Assembly: GCA_965202655.1 (NCBI GenBank)
Contig: CBDBBK010000002.1
Span: forward strand, 144,639 to 208,638
Reading direction: 5' to 3'
From: Vicinamibacterales bacterium
GTDB lineage: Bacteria > Acidobacteriota > Vicinamibacteria > Vicinamibacterales > UBA8438
DNA: 64,000 bases
The position numbers and the translations under genes were made by a program. Shown here piece by piece: positions 39,901 to 47,336 of the stretch. A model generated the notes under the pieces. It was not told where the DNA came from, ran no database searches, and was given only the letters and a program-made list of their open reading frames with translations. Position 1 is the stretch's first letter. Every line of letters begins with the position of its first letter.

Positions 39901-40900
39901 GATGGCCGACGAGTACCTGTCCAAGCTGGGCCACGGCTACGGCAACGGGTTCTGGGGCGAGCCGATGGAGGACGTGTTCCGCATGGCGCTCTCCGGCACC
40001 GAGAAGGTCGTGCACAGCAGCTCGACCATGCTCTACGGCGCCTTGGACAACGACGACTTCTTCATGTACATGGGCGGCCTGGCCGCGGCGGTCCGCAGCA
40101 TCGACGGCGAGAGCCCCGAGCTGGTGGTGACCAACACCCGCGACCCCGGGCGGCCGGAGATGACCTCCATCGACAAGTTCCTCGGGGCCGAGTTCCGCAC
40201 GCGCTACGTGAACCCCACGTGGATCCAGGGGATGCAGGGCGAGGGTTATGCCGGCGCCGGCGAGATGCGGGCGTTCGTCGAGTATCTCTGGGGCTGGGAC
40301 GCCACGGTGCCCGAGACGGTCGACGACGCGATGTGGCAGGAGTCCTTCGAGGTGTACGTCGAGGACAAGCACGACCTCGGGATGAAGGCGTTCTTCGACG
40401 AGCACTCGCCGCACGCCTACCAGGACATCACCGGCCGCATGGTCGAGACGATCCGCAAGGGCTACTGGCAGGCCGGCGAAGCGGTCACCAGGCGCCTGCT
40501 GAGCGAGCATGTCGAGAGCGTCGAGCGGCACGGCGTCGGCTGCTCGGAGCACACCTGCGGCAATCCGCGGCTGTTGCGCTACGTCCTCGAGCAGGGCGCC
40601 ATCATGAACATTCCCGGCCCGGCGCTCGACGCGTACCGGGCGGCCATGGAAGCGGCGATCGACACCGACATCGAGACTGCGGCGGCGGAGGCCGAGGAGT
40701 TCGTCCGGTGGAACGAATCGCTGCCGGTGCGGACGACGATGAACATCGAAGGCTTCCGGATGGAGGCGGTGGCCGAGGCCGAGCCGGCGCCTGTGGGGGA
40801 GGCCGGGGCGGCCAGCGGCGCCCGGGACGTACTATGGATCGGCCTGCCGATCGTCGGGGCGCTCGCCGTCTGGCGCTGGCGGCGCCACCGCCGTTTCTGA
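36947..40900 (+). CDS. Exported CobN/ChlH-family chelatase-like protein (HmuS/BtuS-like)
   Basis: YNYPPGK, HLGTHGTLEWL, PTGKNFY, RPRVD, NPTWIQGMQGEGYAGA; N-terminal signal peptide and C-terminal TM+RRHRR anchor. Confidence 0.88.
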   Translation: MCRTRVVGALLGALLIASCLAAPASAQEVRLGYFTGDTTLPGVLAAWQGLLGERPDLRERVEVTFLTESLLDSVDPADMLASDVLILNIHEQHTLERFDTTHAVDLVAGVTARGLVLGVGEGLLAREHYEAQGVAWDGRARAFWDYSGFANQVGLFKYVLSAAGIAGLDVPDPQPNLDAGYYYPDGQRGRVFATWEEFDAWRRGAGRHRPGATRVAVGFFGSSYDNGDTALVDAVVAEIERQGAEAIPVFGYPAAPAFEALLLDADGNARADVALAFLFRFAGPEASGPLAKLDIPVISLVSLYGRSEAEWRASEQGLSTFEGTFQVAVPELAGLVAPTVVGSKERLTDGDTGLTIIASRPIASRVTMAVRRALGYAALAATPNADKRVAVLFYNYPPGKAGIGASYLNVAESLANILQRMRAAGYDLGATDADLSADALLEQMTTRARNVGGYAPGELEEMLAAGGAVRVWPGDYGQWLEGDYVPELRDKVLADWGEPADADLMAEGGSLIVPALRYGNVVVLPQPARGWGEDHTQLYHAKDLAPHHQYVATYSWLRAPEPVGFDADAVVHLGTHGTLEWLDGKDLGLSAADAPDALIADLPDLYVYNVDVVGEGLVARRRGMATLVDHMVPPFTQSELLPDLAALSESVDDYHNNVHKNEQLAAAYGDEIRQRATDLGMVKDLGLDLGAGADIPHDALHGIEDYLLELQGTNIPYGLHAFGRTPTAEMRASTVDAIISVDRSLLPEDTVVMAADMEQRIVDSAPRELDNLVRALRGGYIPVGGGGEPIRNPDAYPTGKNFYGIDPDKVPKPAAWKLGVELADQMLADHVTEHGRYPEKVSFVIWGDETMRHEGVLESQIFHLLGTRPVWDARGKVVDVEVVPARELGRPRVDIVIASAAEGMFGNVTRLMDEAVQRVKALEEAENYVRRHYLATRAALIDRGYPEEEADRRAGVRIFDEPPGKFNLNTSRIASASGTWDSDKPMADEYLSKLGHGYGNGFWGEPMEDVFRMALSGTEKVVHSSSTMLYGALDNDDFFMYMGGLAAAVRSIDGESPELVVTNTRDPGRPEMTSIDKFLGAEFRTRYVNPTWIQGMQGEGYAGAGEMRAFVEYLWGWDATVPETVDDAMWQESFEVYVEDKHDLGMKAFFDEHSPHAYQDITGRMVETIRKGYWQAGEAVTRRLLSEHVESVERHGVGCSEHTCGNPRLLRYVLEQGAIMNIPGPALDAYRAAMEAAIDTDIETAAAEAEEFVRWNESLPVRTTMNIEGFRMEAVAEAEPAPVGEAGAASGARDVLWIGLPIVGALAVWRWRRHRRF

Positions 40901-40905
40901 ACACG

Positions 40906-42174
40906 ATGCACCGACGAATCATTGTCGTCGTGTCCGTGCTGTTGACAGTGGCCGCGGTCGCCGGCCAGCAGCGGACTCCGGCATATCCGTGGGATTTGCC
41001 GCCCGGCGTTTCCGCGCCTCGGTTGCCCGTCGGCGCGCCGATGACGCCCGCCCGCGTCGAGCTCGGGCGGCACCTGTTCTACGACACGCGGCTGTCGGGG
41101 AACGGGACGCAGTCGTGCGCAACCTGCCACATCCAGGCGCTGGCCTTCACGGACGGGCGCCCGCGGGGACTCGGCTCGACCGGGGAACGCCACCCGCGCA
41201 GCGCGATGTCGCTGGTCAACGTGGCGTACCGGGATGCACTGACCTGGGGGAATCCGACCCTCCTGACGCTGGAGGAGCAGGTGCTCGTGCCGCTGTTCGC
41301 GACCGACCCGGTCGAGCTCGGGCTCGCCGGGCACGAGAAACGCGTGTATGCCGCGCTGGCCGCCTCGCCGGTCTACCGGCGGTTGTTCGAGGCGGCGTTT
41401 CCGCGGGTCGGGTCGATGGACGACGAGGAGCAACCCACCGAGCCGCTGGTCACCACCGAGCGCGTCGCGCTCGCGCTGGCGGCGTTCCAGCGCTCGATCG
41501 TCTCGTTTCGCTCGCCGTTCGACCGCCATCGGTTCTACGGTGACGAGACGGCGCTGTCGCTGCCGGCGCGGCGCGGGATGGAGCTCTTCTTCTCGCGCCG
41601 GGCGCGGTGCGGCGGCTGCCATCTGGGGCGTCCCAATCAGACGCATTCCGCCCTGTCGACGGACATCTCACTCAATCTGGACGGTGGCTCGAAGACCGCC
41701 ACGAGCCCGCTCACCGAACCGCCCGTGTTCAATTTCCACAACACGGGCCTCTACAACCTGCCGGGGCCGGTACCCTATCCGCCGGACAACACGGGACGCC
41801 ACGCGCACACCGGCGATCTCGAGCACGTGGGGCAGTTCCGCATTCCGACCCTGCGCAACGTCGCCGTCACGGCGCCCTACATGCACGACGGCAGCATCCC
41901 CGCGCTCAGCGAAGTGCTGGACCACTACGTGGCCGGCGGCCGCGCACCCAATCCGCAGCAGAGCGAGGCGATCGAGCCGTTGGCGCTGCGCGACGACGAG
42001 CGCCAGGATCTCATCGCGTTTCTCCAGAGCCTGACGGACGACGCGTTGCTGCGCGACCCGCGCTGGAGCGACCCCTGGGCGCTGGAGCCGCGAAGCCTCG
42101 CGGCGGGAGCCGCTGCGTCGCTTCCGGGACGAAGCGAAGCGGCCGCGGAGGAGGAGTCAGTACCGCCACGCTAA
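40906..42174 (+). CDS. Di-heme cytochrome c peroxidase family (MbnH-like)
   Basis: LGRHLFYD, CATCH, CGGCH, FHNTG, FRIPTLRNVAVTAPYMHDG; ATG at 40906. Confidence 0.88.
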   Translation: MHRRIIVVVSVLLTVAAVAGQQRTPAYPWDLPPGVSAPRLPVGAPMTPARVELGRHLFYDTRLSGNGTQSCATCHIQALAFTDGRPRGLGSTGERHPRSAMSLVNVAYRDALTWGNPTLLTLEEQVLVPLFATDPVELGLAGHEKRVYAALAASPVYRRLFEAAFPRVGSMDDEEQPTEPLVTTERVALALAAFQRSIVSFRSPFDRHRFYGDETALSLPARRGMELFFSRRARCGGCHLGRPNQTHSALSTDISLNLDGGSKTATSPLTEPPVFNFHNTGLYNLPGPVPYPPDNTGRHAHTGDLEHVGQFRIPTLRNVAVTAPYMHDGSIPALSEVLDHYVAGGRAPNPQQSEAIEPLALRDDERQDLIAFLQSLTDDALLRDPRWSDPWALEPRSLAAGAAASLPGRSEAAAEEESVPPR

Positions 42175-42254
42175 TCACGTAGGGCAGGTCAAGGTGCTTC
42201 CCGTCCCCAGTTGCGGATCCTGCTCAAGGTGAGGAAGATAATGGACGTACCCCG

Positions 42255-42518
42255 ATGTTCAGGACGTGGTGGAAGAGCGTGGACCGCTGGACTGAGGACT
42301 CGCAGGGACGCATGCCGGAGAGGATGTGGCCCCGCTACAGGTGGGGTCCGGGGAACATCCTCGCCTTCACGGGCTTCTGGATCCTCTGGCTCTCCTGGGC
42401 TTGGTGGCGCGCGGACGGCTGGCCTTACCGCTGGCTCTATGGGCTTCTCCTCGTGGTGTGGCTTCTCTTCGGGTGGTGGAGGTGGAAGCTCGATGTGACG
42501 GCCAAGGGCGACTCGTGA
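42255..42518 (+). CDS. Small Trp-rich membrane protein
   Basis: Two TM-like segments; its stop comes from the direct repeat starting at 42506. Confidence 0.5.
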   Translation: MFRTWWKSVDRWTEDSQGRMPERMWPRYRWGPGNILAFTGFWILWLSWAWWRADGWPYRWLYGLLLVVWLLFGWWRWKLDVTAKGDS

Positions 42519-42589
42519 GCGTTGAGGAGCGCCTCAAAATCCGAACTGACGATCCCCCCCCGCCGCTGCCGCCCGGCGACGTCCAGTAG
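42506..42589 (+). repeat. Direct repeat copy 1 (partner 43950-44036)
   Basis: GGGCGACTCGTGAG(C/T)GTTGAGGA.CGCCTC...TCCGAACTGAC...CGCCGCTG.CGCCCGGCGAC.TCC.GTAG. Confidence 0.85.
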
Positions 42590-43034
42590 GCGTCTGCTTA
42601 TTTCGGGAGATACTGCTCGCGGTCCTCCCGCCCCTCGTGCGCACCTTCGAATACGAGGCCTGCCCCCGCCGCAGCGCGTCGGAGGTCTTCGGCAGGGTCG
42701 CCAAGCACGCGCGACCCGCACGTACTCGCGCGCGGTGCCGGGCCTATGCCTATATTATTTAAAGATAAGCCATAATTCTCACTATGAAAGGCTTGGAATC
42801 GGGCACTTGTTAATGTAATCGTCATATAAATTAACTATAAGGGTTGCGGCCATTCCTCGTGTCCCGTGGCGGTAGCCCCAAGCGGAGCAATGATCTTCAA
42901 CCGGGTTGAACCACGCGACCCGCACGGTTTCTCTCGTTTCCCCACGAACTGGTCGATTCGCGAAAACTGCTAGCATCGCCGCCAGTCGATCACGGAGCGT
43001 GCTGACAGCCTTCCCCGAACCGGAACAGAACGAT

Positions 43035-43601
43035 ATGGAAATGACGTTGTTCCCGCTGTGCGAGTCGTGTGCGGCGGAGTTGGATCTCGACGGGACCATG
43101 GCGTGCGGTCCGGTGACGGAGCCGGAAACTGATTGCGTCCGGTGTTGGAGGACGAACGACGCCATCGCCAAACCCGCTGAATCGAGGGTCACGCGGACGG
43201 CGCGCCGCCCGGGTCCGGGTCGGAAGGCCAGCCACCAGGGTGACTTACGGACCGTGATGTCCGCGGTCCGTCACCAGGGAGGCGACAGCATGGCTTACGT
43301 CATCATCAACACCAGGCTGCTCGATCGGTGGCACGAAGCGATCACCGAGGCTCGCAATCTTGCGAAGGAGGCAAAGCACTACGCTGACTCCGTCGCGAGC
43401 GACGCAAACGAAGCCGTGGCTCAGGCACAGGAAGCGATCAGTACGCTCGACCAGGCGGCAGAGGCCCTCTCCGCCATCATCGAGAGGGCCACCGATGAAG
43501 ACGAGCGGAGGCGGCTGATGGAGTCCGGCGCCGCGGTTCCGATTCTCCTCGACGACGATTCGATTGCCGCGCGGCGCCCGAGCGCCTCAGGCCTGAGTTA
43601 G
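43035..43601 (+). CDS. Hypothetical protein: CxxC/CxxC N-part plus helical domain; alternative start at 43290
   Basis: CESC...CVRC; strong GGAGG RBS before in-frame ATG 43290 (MAYVIINTRLLDRW). Confidence 0.5.
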   Translation: MEMTLFPLCESCAAELDLDGTMACGPVTEPETDCVRCWRTNDAIAKPAESRVTRTARRPGPGRKASHQGDLRTVMSAVRHQGGDSMAYVIINTRLLDRWHEAITEARNLAKEAKHYADSVASDANEAVAQAQEAISTLDQAAEALSAIIERATDEDERRRLMESGAAVPILLDDDSIAARRPSASGLS

Positions 43602-43616
43602 CCTGGGAAAACGACA

Positions 43617-43985
43617 GTGCTGGACATGTACGCGGTTGGTTCGCAGATCGTGATTGCCATCCTGACCGGCGTGGGCGTCGTGTGGGCCATCCACGCATCG
43701 CTCGGCCGGGAACTGCGCGGTGACATCAAGGAATTGTCCAAAGAGATGGCACGGTTCGGAGAACGGATGGCGTGCGTCGAAGAGCGTTTCGCGAGCTTCC
43801 AACGGCGTGTTGCGGGTGTCGAAGAGCGACTCATAAGTGTCGATGGACGCCTCGTTAGCGTCGAAGGGCGCCTCGCTAACGTCGAGGGGCGCCTGGTAGG
43901 TGTCGAGAGCCGCTTGATAGGTGTCGAAGGGCGCTTGATAGGTGCCGAGGGGCGACTCGTGAGTGTTGAGGAACGCCTCTACTAA
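43617..43985 (+). CDS. Membrane-anchored heptad-repeat coiled-coil protein
   Basis: N-terminal TM helix followed by (VEGRLVS)n. Confidence 0.75.
   Translation: MLDMYAVGSQIVIAILTGVGVVWAIHASLGRELRGDIKELSKEMARFGERMACVEERFASFQRRVAGVEERLISVDGRLVSVEGRLANVEGRLVGVESRLIGVEGRLIGAEGRLVSVEERLY
43776..43985 (+). repeat. Coding 21 bp tandem repeat, 10 degenerate units
   Basis: GTCGAAGGGCGCCTCGTTAGC-like units at 21 bp period. Confidence 0.85.
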
Positions 43986-44036
43986 GTCCGAACTGACAGT
44001 CCCATGCCGCCGCTGGCGCCCGGCGACTTCCGGTAG
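43950..44036 (+). repeat. Direct repeat copy 2
   Basis: See 42506-42589; covers the heptad gene 3' end plus downstream DNA. Confidence 0.85.
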
Positions 44037-44043
44037 CCACCCG

Positions 44044-45786
44044 CTACGTCCGGAGATACCGCTCGCCGGTCCATTCCGGCGCCTGCTGATTGTGCTTCAG
44101 TCGCAGGCGCTGCAGCGCGAGTCCCGCGTAGTAGTCGTCCAGTCGATCGCTGCCGGATGACACGCCGGGGAGGCTGGTGGCGGCTTCGATGGCGAACCGG
44201 TCAACGAGGAGGCGGTTCTGCGCACTGCGGTACGCGTCGTTCCACCAGGCCAGGATACGTTCCTCGGCCTGCCGCAGGATCCGATCCCCCGGCAGGAGGT
44301 CGCGTTTCTCGTGCTGGTTGACCTGCCGGTGTGCTGGCATGAGGTTCCAGAGGTCGCCGCAGGGCCAGACTGCCCACGGGAAGCAGTGATCGATGTCGAG
44401 GCTGCCTGGGGATAGCCGACGGCCGGTCCAGACACAGTGGAGCGGTCTCGCCGCCAACAGGCGATCCGCCTGTTCGCGGGCCAGCCGAACGTCGCGTTCC
44501 GGTTCGAGCCATGTCATGGCTTGGGCAAGCCCCTGCTCGTCGAGCGGGCGTCCCTGCCGGTCGGCGTACGTCCGCATCAGCAGCTTCCACTCGGCGATGA
44601 TCGCTGGCTCGACCCACACGCTCAGGCGCCGAATCGCCAGCCAGAGGTGCATCGGTACACGCAGGGTGCCGAAGCTCGCGAAGTAACCGGCGGTGAGTCT
44701 GCCGTCAGCAGGACGCCGGGGGCGTTCCGTTGGGCCGGAATGCCGGACAGGAAGAATCGGTTCGTCGCTGTTCGGATAGGTCATGTAGCGGACCGGCATC
44801 CGGACGATCGTGGACGTGACGTCGAGCAGTGACCGATGCAGGGCGGCAAGGTCGTCGCCCGAGAACCGCGAGCCCACGCGGAGATCGTGGTGCGAGACAT
44901 CAAGGTGCTCGACCCCGGCAGGCTTGACGAATCCCAGTTTGTGGCCGCCGCGATCATTGACCGGGCTCTGGGGAATGTCGGCGTCGAGCAGTGGTTTGTA
45001 GAGCCGGATCCAGGTGAGGGCGACCAATCCCATGGGGATCGCGACGTGATCCTCGCCCTGTTCCTCCGCAAGGCCGAACGCGCCGTCGGCGATGCGGCAC
45101 AGGACGCGGAGCAGGCCCAGCTTGTAGGTCGAGCTCTTCGAGTCGTTCAGGATGACGTTGCGCAACAGCGGCAGCGCGTCCGTCCCATCGTCCGGGAGGC
45201 GGATGGCGACCTGCCGCCAGCGGACGTCGCCGCGGCCCCTGTGATCGGCATTGGTCGACTCCCGCTCCACGTAAGCGCCGTGGTCCGTCGCGAGGCGGCG
45301 GAGTTCGTCCACGGTGACGGGATGAAAGCCGCGGTGGTCGTCGTCCGGACCGTCGCGCAGGGTGATGGCGAGCAGGCCGCCCGGCTTGAGCAGCGTGATC
45401 AGCTTGCGGAAGGCGCGGGGGCGGTCGGTTGGCGCCAGGTGCATCCAGACGGCGCTGACGAGGATGACGTCGAACGAGAGCCCGGTGGCGAAGGTGTCCT
45501 TCAGCGCCGGAAGCCGGTCGTCGCGCCAGTTGATGCGCGGGTCGTCGTGGCGGGCACGGGCGAGCTCGCGCATGCGGGCGGACGGCTCGACGGCGACGAC
45601 GTCGTAGCCGAGGCCGGACAGGTGCGCGGCGTCGCGGCCGCTGCCCGCGCCGACGTCGAGGACGGCGGCGGGCGGCTTGGGGAGCAGGTCGGCCAGCCAG
45701 CCGTGGACGCGCTCGAAGGCGACGGACTCGTAGCGGTCGGACGCGACTTCGGCGTTGGCGTCGTACCAGGCTATGGGGTCAGGCAT
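44044..45786 (-). CDS. Class I SAM methyltransferase fused to an HNH endonuclease
   Basis: LDVGAGSGRD, SAVWMHL, LKPGG; central STYKLGLL; IDHCFPW...LWNLMPAH..VN...K. Confidence 0.85.
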   Translation of the reverse strand: MPDPIAWYDANAEVASDRYESVAFERVHGWLADLLPKPPAAVLDVGAGSGRDAAHLSGLGYDVVAVEPSARMRELARARHDDPRINWRDDRLPALKDTFATGLSFDVILVSAVWMHLAPTDRPRAFRKLITLLKPGGLLAITLRDGPDDDHRGFHPVTVDELRRLATDHGAYVERESTNADHRGRGDVRWRQVAIRLPDDGTDALPLLRNVILNDSKSSTYKLGLLRVLCRIADGAFGLAEEQGEDHVAIPMGLVALTWIRLYKPLLDADIPQSPVNDRGGHKLGFVKPAGVEHLDVSHHDLRVGSRFSGDDLAALHRSLLDVTSTIVRMPVRYMTYPNSDEPILPVRHSGPTERPRRPADGRLTAGYFASFGTLRVPMHLWLAIRRLSVWVEPAIIAEWKLLMRTYADRQGRPLDEQGLAQAMTWLEPERDVRLAREQADRLLAARPLHCVWTGRRLSPGSLDIDHCFPWAVWPCGDLWNLMPAHRQVNQHEKRDLLPGDRILRQAEERILAWWNDAYRSAQNRLLVDRFAIEAATSLPGVSSGSDRLDDYYAGLALQRLRLKHNQQAPEWTGERYLRT

Positions 45787-45850
45787 CCGCGCCCGCATTG
45801 TATGGCGGGATCGTGTTGCAAGCGCCTCCAGGAATACCTACCATCGGCGC

Positions 45851-47221
45851 ATGACTTACCCAATTGACGAGAAGATCGGCGACCGGCGGCCGGCGGCCCG
45901 TTGGACGGGGATCGTTGCGCTGTTGGCGGCGTCCGTCGCGTTTGCCGCCTGCGGGCCGGCGGAAGTCTCGGAGACGCCGTCCCCGGAGGCCGAGGCCTCC
46001 GCGGACGCGCCGATGGCCGCCGAATCGCCGGCCTCGGGGCTGCCGACCGCGAGCCCCGACACGGTCGGGATGTCGGCGGACGGGCTGGCCCGCATCGAGC
46101 CCGCCGTGCAGGCCTACGTCGACGACGGCCGGGTGGCTGGCGTGATGACGATGGTGGCGCGGGGCGGGCACGTCGTGCACTGGGCCGCCGCGGGCATGCG
46201 CGACCTCGACGCCGGCGATCCCCTCGAACCGGACGACATCTTCCGCATCTACTCGATGACGAAGCCCGTCACGAGCACCGGCGTGATGATCCTGGTCGAG
46301 GAAGGAGCGGTCGCGCTCGACGATCCGGTTTCGAAGTTCATTCCGGAGTTCGCCGACGTGCAGGTGCTCGACGACGACGGCGAGCGCGTGGCGCCGGCCG
46401 GCCCGATGACCGTCGAGCACCTCCTGACCCACACGTCGGGGTTGACCTACGGCTTCTTCGGGGATTCCCCGGTCGACCACCTCTACAACGAGTCGGGCTT
46501 CTTCACGCAGTCGGTGGGCCTCGAGGATTTCGCACAGAACGTGGCGGAGCTTCCCCTGGTGGCGAGTCCGGGCGAGCGCTGGAACTACAGCGTGTCCACC
46601 GACATCCTGGGCCGGGTGATCGAGGTCGCCTCCGGCCAGTCGTTCGATGCCTTCCTGCAGGAACGGATCTTCGATCCGCTCGGGATGGAAGACACCGCGT
46701 TCATGGTGCCGGCGGAGAAGCGTGGGCGCTTCCTGGCGAACTATGCGCGCGCCGACGACGCGCTGCAGATGATCGACTCGCCGGATGACGGGGAGTACAC
46801 GCGTCCGCCGGCCTGGGTCTCGGGCGGCGGCGGGCTGGCGTCCACTGCCTCCGACTACATCCGCTTCGCCCAGATGCTCCTCGAGGACGGCGCGCTCGGC
46901 GACGTGCGGATACTGGCCCCCGAGACGGTGGCGATGATGCGCTCGAACCGGCTCCCGGACGCGATGGTCCCGATCCAGCTCGGGAACTACCTGAGTCCCG
47001 GCTACGGCTTTGGGCTGGGATTCGCGGTCGCGGTGGATGCCGACGGCACGCCCGAGCCGGACAACAACGGCGTGTTCCGGTGGGCCGGCGCCGCCAACAC
47101 CTTCTTCTGGATCGACCCGGAGGCCGACCTGATCGGCATGGTCTGGACGCAGTTCAATCCGTTCGCGGCCTACAACCTCGAACGGGAGTTCCAGACCCTC
47201 GTGTACGAAGCCATCGAGTGA
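45851..47221 (+). CDS. Beta-lactamase-family serine hydrolase, probable lipoprotein
   Basis: FAAC lipobox-like, SMTK, LLTHTSG, WNYS, WAGAANT. Confidence 0.9.
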   Translation: MTYPIDEKIGDRRPAARWTGIVALLAASVAFAACGPAEVSETPSPEAEASADAPMAAESPASGLPTASPDTVGMSADGLARIEPAVQAYVDDGRVAGVMTMVARGGHVVHWAAAGMRDLDAGDPLEPDDIFRIYSMTKPVTSTGVMILVEEGAVALDDPVSKFIPEFADVQVLDDDGERVAPAGPMTVEHLLTHTSGLTYGFFGDSPVDHLYNESGFFTQSVGLEDFAQNVAELPLVASPGERWNYSVSTDILGRVIEVASGQSFDAFLQERIFDPLGMEDTAFMVPAEKRGRFLANYARADDALQMIDSPDDGEYTRPPAWVSGGGGLASTASDYIRFAQMLLEDGALGDVRILAPETVAMMRSNRLPDAMVPIQLGNYLSPGYGFGLGFAVAVDADGTPEPDNNGVFRWAGAANTFFWIDPEADLIGMVWTQFNPFAAYNLEREFQTLVYEAIE

Positions 47222-47336
47222 TCCGCCCGGCGGAGTTCCTCCCCCGTTCACGGGAACGTCCGCGCCCGCCGTGACGTTTTTTCGACGAACGAGTACGGAA
47301 ATGGGCTATTATCGACGCTGAAGCAGGTTTTTCGAC

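Noticed and set aside
37427-40552. Very long antisense ORFs (also 10244-12796, 26927-29119, 33041-35266, 50563-53208)
   Set aside because: Shadow frames of GC-rich genes with no motifs
42158-42178. Possible IS end (CAGTACCGCCACGCTAAT)
   Set aside because: No matching partner end or transposase; the 9 bp match at 23701 is within chance
42738-42765. dif/Xer site (TTATTTAAAG resembles a XerD arm)
   Set aside because: XerC arm and spacing do not fit the 11-6-11 pattern
43776-43985. CRISPR array
   Set aside because: Contiguous, degenerate, in-frame 21 bp units without spacers; a coding heptad repeat with no cas genes
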